Shown: one piece after another, positions 14,008 to 21,342 of the stretch
Layout of the letters: every line of letters starts with the position of its first letter
Position numbering within the stretch: position 1 is the stretch's first letter
NCBI GenBank assembly: GCA_964363895.1
Contig: CAYIJV010000001.1
Span: 20,607-44,606 of the forward strand
DNA length: 24,000 nt
Source of the DNA: an uncultured Candidatus Saccharibacteria bacterium
Lineage (GTDB): Bacteria; Patescibacteriota; Minisyncoccia; Phycocordibacterales; UBA2100
Direction of reading: 5' to 3'
Made by a program: the position numbers and the translations under genes
Notes under the pieces: model-generated
What the model was told of the DNA's origin: nothing
Database searches by the model: none
The model's input: only the letters and a program-made list of their open reading frames with translations

Positions 14008-15421
14008 CCCGCTCACCGCAATAAGTTCTGTTGATGGACGATATCGAGACGTTTCCGCGGCGCTTCTCGAATATTTCAGCGAATACGCACTGATGCGCAA
14101 GCGCATCACCGTTGAGTGCAAATACCTTATAGCACTCTCGGAATGTCCGGAAAGCGGCATTCGTGCTCTGACTACCGAGGAGAAGAAATCTTTGCGTGAA
14201 CTTTCGAAGATCTCGATAGAGGAAGCGGGAATTATCAAGAAAATCGAGAAGGAAGGCCTGCCTGCGCAGGCAGGGCAGGCAGGGTATGAAGGAATTCCAG
14301 CGACGAATCACGATGTAAAGGCGATTGAATACTTTATAAAAGGAAAAATGGCCGGAACTTCACTTAAAGATGTTGCCGAATGGGTGCATTTTGCACTTAC
14401 GTCGGAGGATGTAAACAGCATCGCGCACGGATTCACCTTACGTTCGTCACTTGAGCATATCATCCTACCGGCTATCGAAGAGATCCGAGCACACCTTGAC
14501 GCTCTCGCTAAAGAACATGCAAGTACTCCCATGCTCGCGCGCACGCATGGACAACCGGCATCTCCTACGACCTTTGGCAAGGAGATGCGGGTGTTTGAAG
14601 CGCGCATTGCGCGGCAGTTGGAACAACTCAAAGCTACCAGCATTCTTGTGAAGTTTGCGGGCGCTACGGGGAATTACAACGCGCATGTCGCTGCGGCCCC
14701 AAAAGTAGATTGGCCCGCTTTTGCAAAGAAATTCATAAATAGTTTGAATGATGGCCATGCCGTCCCGATAGAATTGAATGAAGTCACAACACAGATCGAG
14801 CCGCATGATACGTATGCGGAACTCTTCGACAATCTTCGCCGCATCAACACTATTCTCATCGATTTCTCGGAAGATATGTGGCGCTACATAAGCGACGGAT
14901 GGGTAACGCAAAAACCGAAAGAGGGAGAGGTGGGGTCTTCGGCAATGCCGCACAAGGTGAACCCGATTGATTTTGAAAACGCCGAAGGGAATTTTGGAGT
15001 TGCAAACGCACTCTTCGAACACTTTTCGCGCAAGCTTCCAATATCACGCCTCCAGCGCGACCTCTCGGATTCGACGGTTGAGCGCACGTTCGGTACCGCT
15101 TTCGCTCATTCACTCATTGCGTACAAATCACTTTTACGCGGTTTAGGCAAGATAAACGTAAATGCGGGAGCGATGCTCGCGGAACTCCAAGCGCATCCCG
15201 AGGTACTCGCCGAAGCAATTCAGACTGTTCTACGACGCGAGGGCATTTCGGTGCCGTACGAACAGTTAAAAACGCTTACGCGAGGGAAGCAAGTGACGCT
15301 AGAAGATTTCGCAATATTTATAGACACTCTTGCAGTGGATGAAAAAGTAAAAAAACGCCTTAAGGCACTTCGGCCGGAGAATTATATCGGCCTTGCAAGA
15401 GAGATCGCCCGCAATGGTTGA
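13997..15421 (+). CDS. purB: Adenylosuccinate lyase (E. coli-type long form)
   Basis: SSVDGRYRD, TNHDVKAIEYF, HFALTSEDVN, RTHGQPASPTTFGKE, and the signature GSSAMPHKVNPIDFEN. An 11-nt overlap with purC. Confidence 0.92.
   Translation: MPFDPLTAISSVDGRYRDVSAALLEYFSEYALMRKRITVECKYLIALSECPESGIRALTTEEKKSLRELSKISIEEAGIIKKIEKEGLPAQAGQAGYEGIPATNHDVKAIEYFIKGKMAGTSLKDVAEWVHFALTSEDVNSIAHGFTLRSSLEHIILPAIEEIRAHLDALAKEHASTPMLARTHGQPASPTTFGKEMRVFEARIARQLEQLKATSILVKFAGATGNYNAHVAAAPKVDWPAFAKKFINSLNDGHAVPIELNEVTTQIEPHDTYAELFDNLRRINTILIDFSEDMWRYISDGWVTQKPKEGEVGSSAMPHKVNPIDFENAEGNFGVANALFEHFSRKLPISRLQRDLSDSTVERTFGTAFAHSLIAYKSLLRGLGKINVNAGAMLAELQAHPEVLAEAIQTVLRREGISVPYEQLKTLTRGKQVTLEDFAIFIDTLAVDEKVKKRLKALRPENYIGLAREIARNG
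14256..14284. repeat. GC-rich hairpin element copy B (GCCTGCCTGC-gc-AGGCAGGGCA + GGCAGGG), in frame within purB
   Basis: Contains the 18-nt perfect palindrome CCTGCCTGCGCAGGCAGG (14257-14274). It shares both 10-mers with the purL copy and encodes GLPAQAGQAG. Confidence 0.6.
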
Positions 15422-15430
15422 GAGTCTTGT

Positions 15431-15667
15431 ATGAAAGAATTTGAACGTTTTCAGAAGTCGGTTCAAGGAGAGAATATACCAGAGCAGGTTAATAGGGCCC
15501 TCGGAATGATTGCAGAACTCAGGGGGCGGCTTATGCCAACAGGCAACGTCGGAGATGAATCGGACAAATTGGCCCAGATAGAAGCGGATTTGAGGGCTGG
15601 GAAATTAAAACCAAATCAGGCGGTCGAAAGGGCCAGAGCTATGTTGGACAGTAGAAACGAGCCCTAG
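15431..15667 (+). CDS. Hypothetical small protein (78 aa) at the end of the pur operon
   Basis: An ORF 9 nt downstream of purB on the same strand. Helical and charged. No recognisable family. Confidence 0.4.
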   Translation: MKEFERFQKSVQGENIPEQVNRALGMIAELRGRLMPTGNVGDESDKLAQIEADLRAGKLKPNQAVERARAMLDSRNEP

Positions 15668-15670
15668 TCG

Positions 15671-16453
15671 TTATTGTTTCAATCCAAGCCCCGTGCGGAT
15701 GAGGTACCAATTGATGCCTATGAGCGCGGCGATCATCGCGGTGAGGACCGTGAATGAGATCCAGAGGGAAACATCCGCAATGCCGAGGAAGCCGTAGCGG
15801 AAGCCGTTGATGAGGTAGAAAATAGGATTTACATAGGTCACGTATTGGGCAAGCTGGGGAAGTGAGTGGACGGAGTAGAATACGCCGCCGAGATATACCA
15901 AGGGCGTGAGGACGAAGGTGGGGACGATATTGACACCGTCGAGAGATTTTGCGTAGACGCCATTTACTAGACCTGCGAGCGCGAAGACGAGCGCGGTTAA
16001 GGTCGCAAAAAGAAAGATGATGGCGGCGTTGAATAGGGAGAGGTGAAGTCCGGTGAAGAATATTGATATGAGAAGCACGAGCGTGCCGACGAGCATGCCG
16101 CGAAGGATGCCCCCCGAGATAAATCCTGCGATAAGAAGCCACGGCGGCGTGGGGGAGACGAGTATTTCATCGATACCGCGGAAAAAGAATTTGGATTGGA
16201 AGAATGTGAAGGAGGTATTGGAATAGGCGTTGGTAACTATGGCGAGCATGACGAGGCCGGGTACGACGAAGCTCATGTAATCCACGCCCTGCATTTCTCC
16301 GATGCGCGAGCCGAGGACAGTGCCGAAGATGAGAAAGTAGAGGCACGAGGTGATGACACTCGGCAGAAATGTCTGCACCCAGATACGGAACATGCGCACC
16401 ACATCCTTGCGTAGCATGGTGTAGAACGAGGTCCATTTTTGATATGGTGTCAT
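15671..16453 (-). CDS. ABC-2 type transporter permease
   Basis: About six hydrophobic spans in 260 aa, directly downstream of an ABC ATPase. ABC-2 style organisation. Confidence 0.8.
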   Translation of the reverse strand: MTPYQKWTSFYTMLRKDVVRMFRIWVQTFLPSVITSCLYFLIFGTVLGSRIGEMQGVDYMSFVVPGLVMLAIVTNAYSNTSFTFFQSKFFFRGIDEILVSPTPPWLLIAGFISGGILRGMLVGTLVLLISIFFTGLHLSLFNAAIIFLFATLTALVFALAGLVNGVYAKSLDGVNIVPTFVLTPLVYLGGVFYSVHSLPQLAQYVTYVNPIFYLINGFRYGFLGIADVSLWISFTVLTAMIAALIGINWYLIRTGLGLKQ

Positions 16454-16522
16454 AGTGTGCGCTCGACGGCGGTGTATCGCCGCGCTCGCTTTGAGTTGTC
16501 AAATGATAAAAGCATATCTTGT

Positions 16523-17287
16523 TTATTTTTCCGAGGTGAGTTTGAGAAATACCTCTTCGAGTCTTCCGCCGCGATAGTCTCCTTTACCCGCCTCCGCGTC
16601 ATGATGTTTGGCAAGGACATCTGCCATCGATCCTTGTTCGACTATCTCTCCTTTGTTGATGATGGCGACATGCTTGCAAAGTTGTTCCGCTTCTTCGAGA
16701 TAGTGCGTGGTTAGAAGTATCGTAAGACCGTTTTTGCTCAAACCAGTGAGATAGTCCCACATACTGCGCCGAAGCTCGACGTCTACTCCCGCGGTCGGCT
16801 CGTCGAGAATGAGAAAGCGCGGTTCGTTCACGAGCGCGCGGGCTATCATGAGGCGGCGCTTCATGCCGCCCGAAAGTGTCATGGCGTTCTCGTTCATCTT
16901 TTCACCCAATCCTAGGTCGGTAAGAAGTTTCTTTGCGCGAGGGATTGCGACAGAGCGCGGGATACCGTAATAGCCAGCCTGATTGACGACTATGTTGAGA
17001 GTCTTTTCAAACGGATTGAAGTTGACCTCTTGCCCCACGAGCCCTATCTGCATCTTCGCGAGCTCTGTTTCTTTGTCTATATCGTGCCCAAAGACCGAGA
17101 CACTCCCGCTCGTCTTGTTCACAAGGCCCGTGGTGATGCCGATGATGGTCGTCTTGCCTGCGCCATTGGGCCCGAGAAGCGCGAAAAAATCGCCTTCGGG
17201 AATCTCGAGTGAGACGCCCTTCAAGGCAACGACGCCGTTGCTGTACGTCTTTTTTAGGTCTTGTATTCTAAGCGCTGGGGCCGACAT
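16523..17287 (-). CDS. ABC transporter ATP-binding protein
   Basis: Walker A GPNGAGKTT, signature LSGGMKRRL, Walker B FLILDEPTAGVD. I chose the start MSAPALRIQDL (ATG at 17285-17287), 1 nt after the upstream stop. The listed longer ORF overlaps the HAD gene. Confidence 0.9.
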   Translation of the reverse strand: MSAPALRIQDLKKTYSNGVVALKGVSLEIPEGDFFALLGPNGAGKTTIIGITTGLVNKTSGSVSVFGHDIDKETELAKMQIGLVGQEVNFNPFEKTLNIVVNQAGYYGIPRSVAIPRAKKLLTDLGLGEKMNENAMTLSGGMKRRLMIARALVNEPRFLILDEPTAGVDVELRRSMWDYLTGLSKNGLTILLTTHYLEEAEQLCKHVAIINKGEIVEQGSMADVLAKHHDAEAGKGDYRGGRLEEVFLKLTSEK

Positions 17288-17288
17288 A

Positions 17289-18020
17289 TTATGAAGATCG
17301 TAAAATATTCTCAAGATAAGAATACGTTTCGCGATAGTCCGCAACGGCTTTTGTAGGTATGACACCGATCACCGTCTCGTCGTTACCGCCGGGGAAAAGG
17401 GCGTCGCCTACATATATGCAATCATTCTTGTCCCAATGCATTGCATCAATGAATGCCGACACGTTGTAGCCCTTGTTCTTTCCGAACTCGAAAAAATCCA
17501 AATTCGTGGTTCCGCCGATACGAACTTCTGCGTTCGCTTTTTCGAGCACTTTTACATCATCCGCTAGATCTTCAAGTAGTTTTTGACGTTTTGCATGATC
17601 GGGATCGAACGCATCCTTGATGACTTTGTTCTCGTGGTGGCCGATGAGTGAAAAGGCTATTTGTGAATCACGGTCTTCAATAATGTCGTTCTCATCACTG
17701 ACCGTGTAGTTCAGATGCGCGCGAGCTTTCGAGATGAATGCAAGTATCGCGTTCCTTTGTCCGCTAGAGAGCGAGCGGTTCCAAAATATCCGGCCATCCC
17801 GTGTTTCCGCGAAGTTGCCGTTTTGTCCCAAAATATGATAGCAACCGGCGAGTTCTGGTCGTAAATGTTTCCGTATATCTTTTTCGCCGTGGCCGGACAC
17901 GACGATGACATCGGCGCGCTCACTCAATTGCTTCAGGATCGGAACGTGGCCTGGCTCGATAAGCGACTTACTCGGAGTGAGCGTGTTGTCGAGATCGAAA
18001 AAGAAATGTTTGGGGATCAT
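17289..18020 (-). CDS. HAD-IIB hydrolase, phosphomannomutase-like
   Basis: HAD motif I FFFDLDNTLTPS (resembling eukaryotic-type PMM DVDGTLT), GGTTNLDFFEFGKNKG, and motif IV YVGDALFPGGND. Start at MIPKHFFFD (18018-18020). Confidence 0.7.
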   Translation of the reverse strand: MIPKHFFFDLDNTLTPSKSLIEPGHVPILKQLSERADVIVVSGHGEKDIRKHLRPELAGCYHILGQNGNFAETRDGRIFWNRSLSSGQRNAILAFISKARAHLNYTVSDENDIIEDRDSQIAFSLIGHHENKVIKDAFDPDHAKRQKLLEDLADDVKVLEKANAEVRIGGTTNLDFFEFGKNKGYNVSAFIDAMHWDKNDCIYVGDALFPGGNDETVIGVIPTKAVADYRETYSYLENILRSS

Positions 18021-18034
18021 ATCTTTGAGATAGT

Positions 18035-18613
18035 TCAAGAAATCTTTCTTTCCCAGTATTCTGCAGAAGCGCTCACATAATCCGCGACCCTGCGCTCTGT
18101 GGCCGCCGCAAAGCGAGTAACGAGGACCTCGCGTTCGCTTTCCGGAGCGCCATGCTTTATCCATGTTTCTACGAGTGCGATTTGGGATGGGTCGGAAAGT
18201 GCGAGGCGGCGGCCTTTGGCCGCCGCGCGCAGAATGGTGGGCCCGCCGATATCGGTCTTCTCAATGACGTCTGCGGGAGTTGCCGATGGGTCGGCTATTG
18301 TTTTTAGAAGAGGGTAGAGTGTTATATATACAAGGTCAATCGGCTCTATATTCAGGCGTTTTAGCTCTGCGAAGTCATCGGGAGTTTCAGCAAGAAGCCC
18401 TGCGTGAATTTCGCGCGAGAGTGTCACGACACGATGTCCGAGGATGGGAGGCCCCACGATCTCGGCTACATCGCGACAGGCGACCTTGTTGTCGTTCAGA
18501 TACTTTGCAGTGCCTGCAGAGCCCAAAAGTGTCCATCCATTTTCACTCAATAATTTTCCAAGCCGTATAAGCTCCTCACCTTTCTCATGCGATGCTAGGA
18601 GGGCTGTTTTCAT
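18035..18613 (-). CDS. purH: IMP cyclohydrolase, stand-alone MGS-like domain (PurH N-terminal domain homologue)
   Basis: ALLASHEKGE, GSAGTAKYL, GHRVVTLSREIHAGLL, LVYITLYP and DIGGPTILRAAAKG match the PurH IMPCH domain. At 192 aa it has no AICAR transformylase domain. Confidence 0.75.
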   Translation of the reverse strand: MKTALLASHEKGEELIRLGKLLSENGWTLLGSAGTAKYLNDNKVACRDVAEIVGPPILGHRVVTLSREIHAGLLAETPDDFAELKRLNIEPIDLVYITLYPLLKTIADPSATPADVIEKTDIGGPTILRAAAKGRRLALSDPSQIALVETWIKHGAPESEREVLVTRFAAATERRVADYVSASAEYWERKIS

Positions 18614-18658
18614 GGCCGAATTGTAGCAGGAGGATAGATTTCCCCAAAATGAAGATTT

Positions 18659-19246
18659 ATGCGATTATCTCTGTATATGAGTTCTGATACGTATGAGCAG
18701 TTGCAAGAAAAACACCGAGAGCTTGAGAATAATCTTAGAGCCGCTCGTCAGATTTCCCGCAATACCATATATCGAATCGTATTGCTTTCAGCGGGAATAG
18801 TTGGCTTTTCGGTATCCTTGTTTTCCATACCAGCCCTACAACAAAGTCTCGACTTAAACATCATAAAATATTCCTGGTACGCTTTTCTTGTCGTTATTAT
18901 TTTTGGCATACTTACACTTTTAGCGGAGGGACGCATACGTTTCGCAACTGCTTGGAAGAGTAATCAAATCAGTCTCTGGGTCGATAAATTGAGCGACTAT
19001 AGTGCTCGGCATCAGGTTTATGCAACGCTTATTGTGGCTTGGTCGCTTTTTTATCCGGCAAATCTAACTTTCAATAAAATAAAAGCAGAACAGGAAAGAG
19101 CGAAATTTGAGCAAACTGTAAATGGTCTGGTTGTGCATCGATTAGCAAGGTTAGGCTTAGCTCTTGCAGTTGTTGAGAATTTTATATTTGCAGCTTTCGT
19201 TATCGGACTTGTTCTTCTGGTGCTCTCATTTGTATTTCCCGCGTAA
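18659..19246 (+). CDS. Hypothetical integral membrane protein (about 4 TM)
   Basis: The ORF lies in the lower-GC stretch. An N-terminal charged helix is followed by hydrophobic spans (IVLLSAGIVGFSVSLFSI, AFLVVIIFGILTLL, LALAVVENFIFAAFVIGLVLLVLSF). An alternative start is at 18677. Confidence 0.5.
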   Translation: MRLSLYMSSDTYEQLQEKHRELENNLRAARQISRNTIYRIVLLSAGIVGFSVSLFSIPALQQSLDLNIIKYSWYAFLVVIIFGILTLLAEGRIRFATAWKSNQISLWVDKLSDYSARHQVYATLIVAWSLFYPANLTFNKIKAEQERAKFEQTVNGLVVHRLARLGLALAVVENFIFAAFVIGLVLLVLSFVFPA

Positions 19247-19259
19247 ATCCATATAAAAT

Positions 19260-19535
19260 ATGACCGACTCCAAAAAATCAATAGAAGAACAATATAATTT
19301 TACAGATGCTGAGAAAGACCTAGTTAGACGTTCGGCAAAGGGGAATATTATGGCCACGTACGAAGCCCAAACTCAAGCCTCAATCATATTAGCTAGAAGT
19401 ATTCAAAGGGCGGAAAGTTCAAACTCTCGTTTATCCTTTTGGCTTACAATCTTCACTGGAATTATAGCGTTGGCTGCTCTTCTTCCGTTCGTGCCCACTT
19501 TATTGATTTTTTTGGACAGCATCGTGAAGCAGTGA
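19260..19535 (+). CDS. Hypothetical small membrane-anchored protein (91 aa)
   Basis: A soluble N-terminal ~55 aa followed by a C-terminal hydrophobic span FWLTIFTGIIALAALLPFVPTLLIFL. Same strand as the upstream gene and 13 nt after it. Confidence 0.45.
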   Translation: MTDSKKSIEEQYNFTDAEKDLVRRSAKGNIMATYEAQTQASIILARSIQRAESSNSRLSFWLTIFTGIIALAALLPFVPTLLIFLDSIVKQ

Positions 19536-19583
19536 AGGCTAGTAATCCTTGCTACTTGGGTCGTCTAACGGACTATTCTGAGT

Positions 19584-19656
19584 TTACTTTGACGACGAAT
19601 CTCGTTTCAGGGTCTTGAACGCTTCCTCGACGGTCGTCATGAATTGCGCGAGGAAG
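19584..19656. repeat. Duplicated element, copy 1 (upstream of the zeta-like kinase gene)
   Basis: Collinear with 20613-20688 at a constant 1029-nt offset. Hand-counted identity is 52/65 over 19584-19648, with a 30-nt core (19619-19648) identical at 29/30. It contains CTTCCTCG...CGAGGAAG followed by ATGATG. Confidence 0.7.
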
Positions 19657-19690
19657 ATGATGGTTTGTGAGTGGGGTAGAATAGTCTTAC

Positions 19691-20389
19691 ATGAATCTTG
19701 ATGAACAAAAGATTTCCGACAATGCTTTTCAGTATGTAAAAAGTCATTCTGACGAGATAATTCGGAAATTTGCGGGTCAATCTGTTCTGGTAGCGACACC
19801 CGTCTCACTTTTCATGGCCGGTTCTCCTGGCGCTGGTAAGACGGAAGTGTCGAAAGGCTTAATGCGTCAATTTGACACGGTTCCGGTTCGCATCGACGCA
19901 GACGAGATACGCGCACTTTGCCTAGGATATACGGGTGCCAACGCGCATCTATTTCAAAAGGCTGCGACCAAGGGAGTGCATATACTATATGACTACGCAC
20001 TGCATGAAAAACTTCACCTCATTCTAGATGGAACGTTTGCGTACAGCGATTCGATTAAGAATATTCAACGATCGTTAGATTATGCAAGAAAAGCTGAATT
20101 ATGGTTTGTCTATCAGGACCCCATAAGGGCGTGGGAATTCACAAAGGCTCGTGAGGCACTTGAAGCACGCCATGTTTCAAAAGACGTGTTCATCAGGACA
20201 TTTCTGATGGCAAAAGAAAATACTAAACAAGCAAAAATGCACTTCCGTACTTCATTAACCCTCAATCTGCTTATCAAGAATATGGATAATACCGACGGGA
20301 GGATGCAACTTAATATTCAACACGACCAACTTGACCCATATATAGGACACAGCTATACTGCAGAAGATCTCGACGGGATACTCCTATGA
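19691..20389 (+). CDS. Zeta-toxin-family P-loop kinase
   Basis: Walker A MAGSPGAGKTEVSK, RIDADEIR and LILDGTF match Zeta_toxin/AAA-kinase family motifs. 232 aa. Confidence 0.7.
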   Translation: MNLDEQKISDNAFQYVKSHSDEIIRKFAGQSVLVATPVSLFMAGSPGAGKTEVSKGLMRQFDTVPVRIDADEIRALCLGYTGANAHLFQKAATKGVHILYDYALHEKLHLILDGTFAYSDSIKNIQRSLDYARKAELWFVYQDPIRAWEFTKAREALEARHVSKDVFIRTFLMAKENTKQAKMHFRTSLTLNLLIKNMDNTDGRMQLNIQHDQLDPYIGHSYTAEDLDGILL

Positions 20390-20574
20390 CAGATTTTATA
20401 TTGAAAATACTGGGTTTTGCCAAGGGGATTCCTGAGAAAAAGGACGACTTTTCGCATTTCTTTCTTGAGGCTAAGTCGAACGAAAAAGCGAAAGTCATTC
20501 GCCAAGTATTAAAGGAAGCCACAGCCGAGCAGGAAACATTGTTAAAGAAGTATCGGGAGATGGAGGCAGCTTAA
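20386..20574 (+). CDS. Hypothetical 62-aa protein translationally coupled to the zeta-like kinase (possible cognate antitoxin or partner)
   Basis: ATGA overlap at 20386-20389. Lys/Glu-rich and helical-looking. No recognised family. Confidence 0.4.
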   Translation: MTDFILKILGFAKGIPEKKDDFSHFFLEAKSNEKAKVIRQVLKEATAEQETLLKKYREMEAA

Positions 20575-20612
20575 CTTTAGGAAAACAGAGTTAGGTACTA
20601 CTTGTTTCAGGG

Positions 20613-20688
20613 TTACTTGACCGCCGAGTCTCTCTTTAGCGTTCTGGACGCTTCCTCGACGGTCATCATGAATTGCGGAGAGGAAAGG
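20613..20688. repeat. Duplicated element, copy 2 (upstream of the cytidylyltransferase gene)
   Basis: See copy 1. Core at 20648-20677. It ends in GGAGAGGAAAGG, 6 nt before the ATG at 20695. Confidence 0.7.
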
Positions 20689-20694
20689 CATGGT

Positions 20695-21147
20695 ATGCTG
20701 GCTTTCATTATGCGCGATGGCAAAAAGGTAGGCATTACGGCGGGCGCCTTCGATTTGTGCCACGCAGGGCACATGCTTATGTTTAAAGAAGCTAAGACGG
20801 TGTGTGATTACCTTATTGTTGCTCTTCACTCCGATCCCGCGATTGACAGACCCGATATTAAAAATAAGCCGATCATGTCTATCGAAGAGCGGAAAACTAT
20901 TCTTGAGAGCATCAAATACATTGATGAGATTCTTTTGTATGACACAGAAGCGGATTTATTTAAAATACTTAGCGAGAACAAACTCAATATAGATATCCGC
21001 ATTTTAGGTGCCGAATATAAAAATAAGTCATTCACCGGCCGCGATCTTCCTCTGCCGGTATATTTCAACTCCCGCGATCACGGCTATTCCACGACCGAAT
21101 TGCGGAAGAGGGTGTACGAAGCCGAGGTACGAAAGAATGGTTCCTAA
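20695..21147 (+). CDS. Cytidylyltransferase-family protein (glycerol-3-phosphate cytidylyltransferase TagD-like)
   Basis: GITAGAFDLCHAGHMLMFKEAK (HxGH motif), YLIVALHSD and GYSTTELRKRV resemble TagD. I prefer the start at 20695 (SD-like GGAGAGGAAAGG upstream); 20710 is also possible. The listed start at 20602 adds a repeat-derived extension. Confidence 0.8.
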   Translation: MLAFIMRDGKKVGITAGAFDLCHAGHMLMFKEAKTVCDYLIVALHSDPAIDRPDIKNKPIMSIEERKTILESIKYIDEILLYDTEADLFKILSENKLNIDIRILGAEYKNKSFTGRDLPLPVYFNSRDHGYSTTELRKRVYEAEVRKNGS

Positions 21148-21342
21148 ATGGCCCTGTTGTGACATGCGAATAGGAAAGTGGATAACGCACTGGCGCGCTC
21201 CATCAAGCGGTACATACTGTGGGAGTACAACCTAGGCTAAACCCTAAAGCAAATCGAAGATTTGCTCGGGTCGCCCGTCCGCCCTAGGCGGACTAGGGGG
21301 TCGAGTTTACCAGCCAATTTCTCTTCAAAATACCAAAATACT

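Noticed and set aside
17288-17365. Upstream extensions of several listed ORFs: ABC ATPase to 17365, HAD to 18164, acyP to 23277, DUF378 from 21262, and the tagD-like gene from 20602.
   Set aside because: The extensions overlap neighbouring genes or intergenic repeats and precede the first conserved family motif. Internal ATGs give standard-length proteins and tight operon spacing.
19584-20688. The duplicated element as a diversity-generating retroelement TR/VR pair.
   Set aside because: The mismatches are not adenine-specific, no reverse transcriptase is nearby, and the copies lie in 5' regions rather than in a C-terminal variable domain.
21280-21320. A tRNA or tRNA-fragment att site (GGGGGTCGAGTTTACCAGCC resembles a T-arm plus CCA end) at the edge of the lower-GC stretch.
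   Set aside because: No complementary T-stem strand follows the loop, and no acceptor stem or anticodon arm can be drawn. It is probably a chance resemblance.
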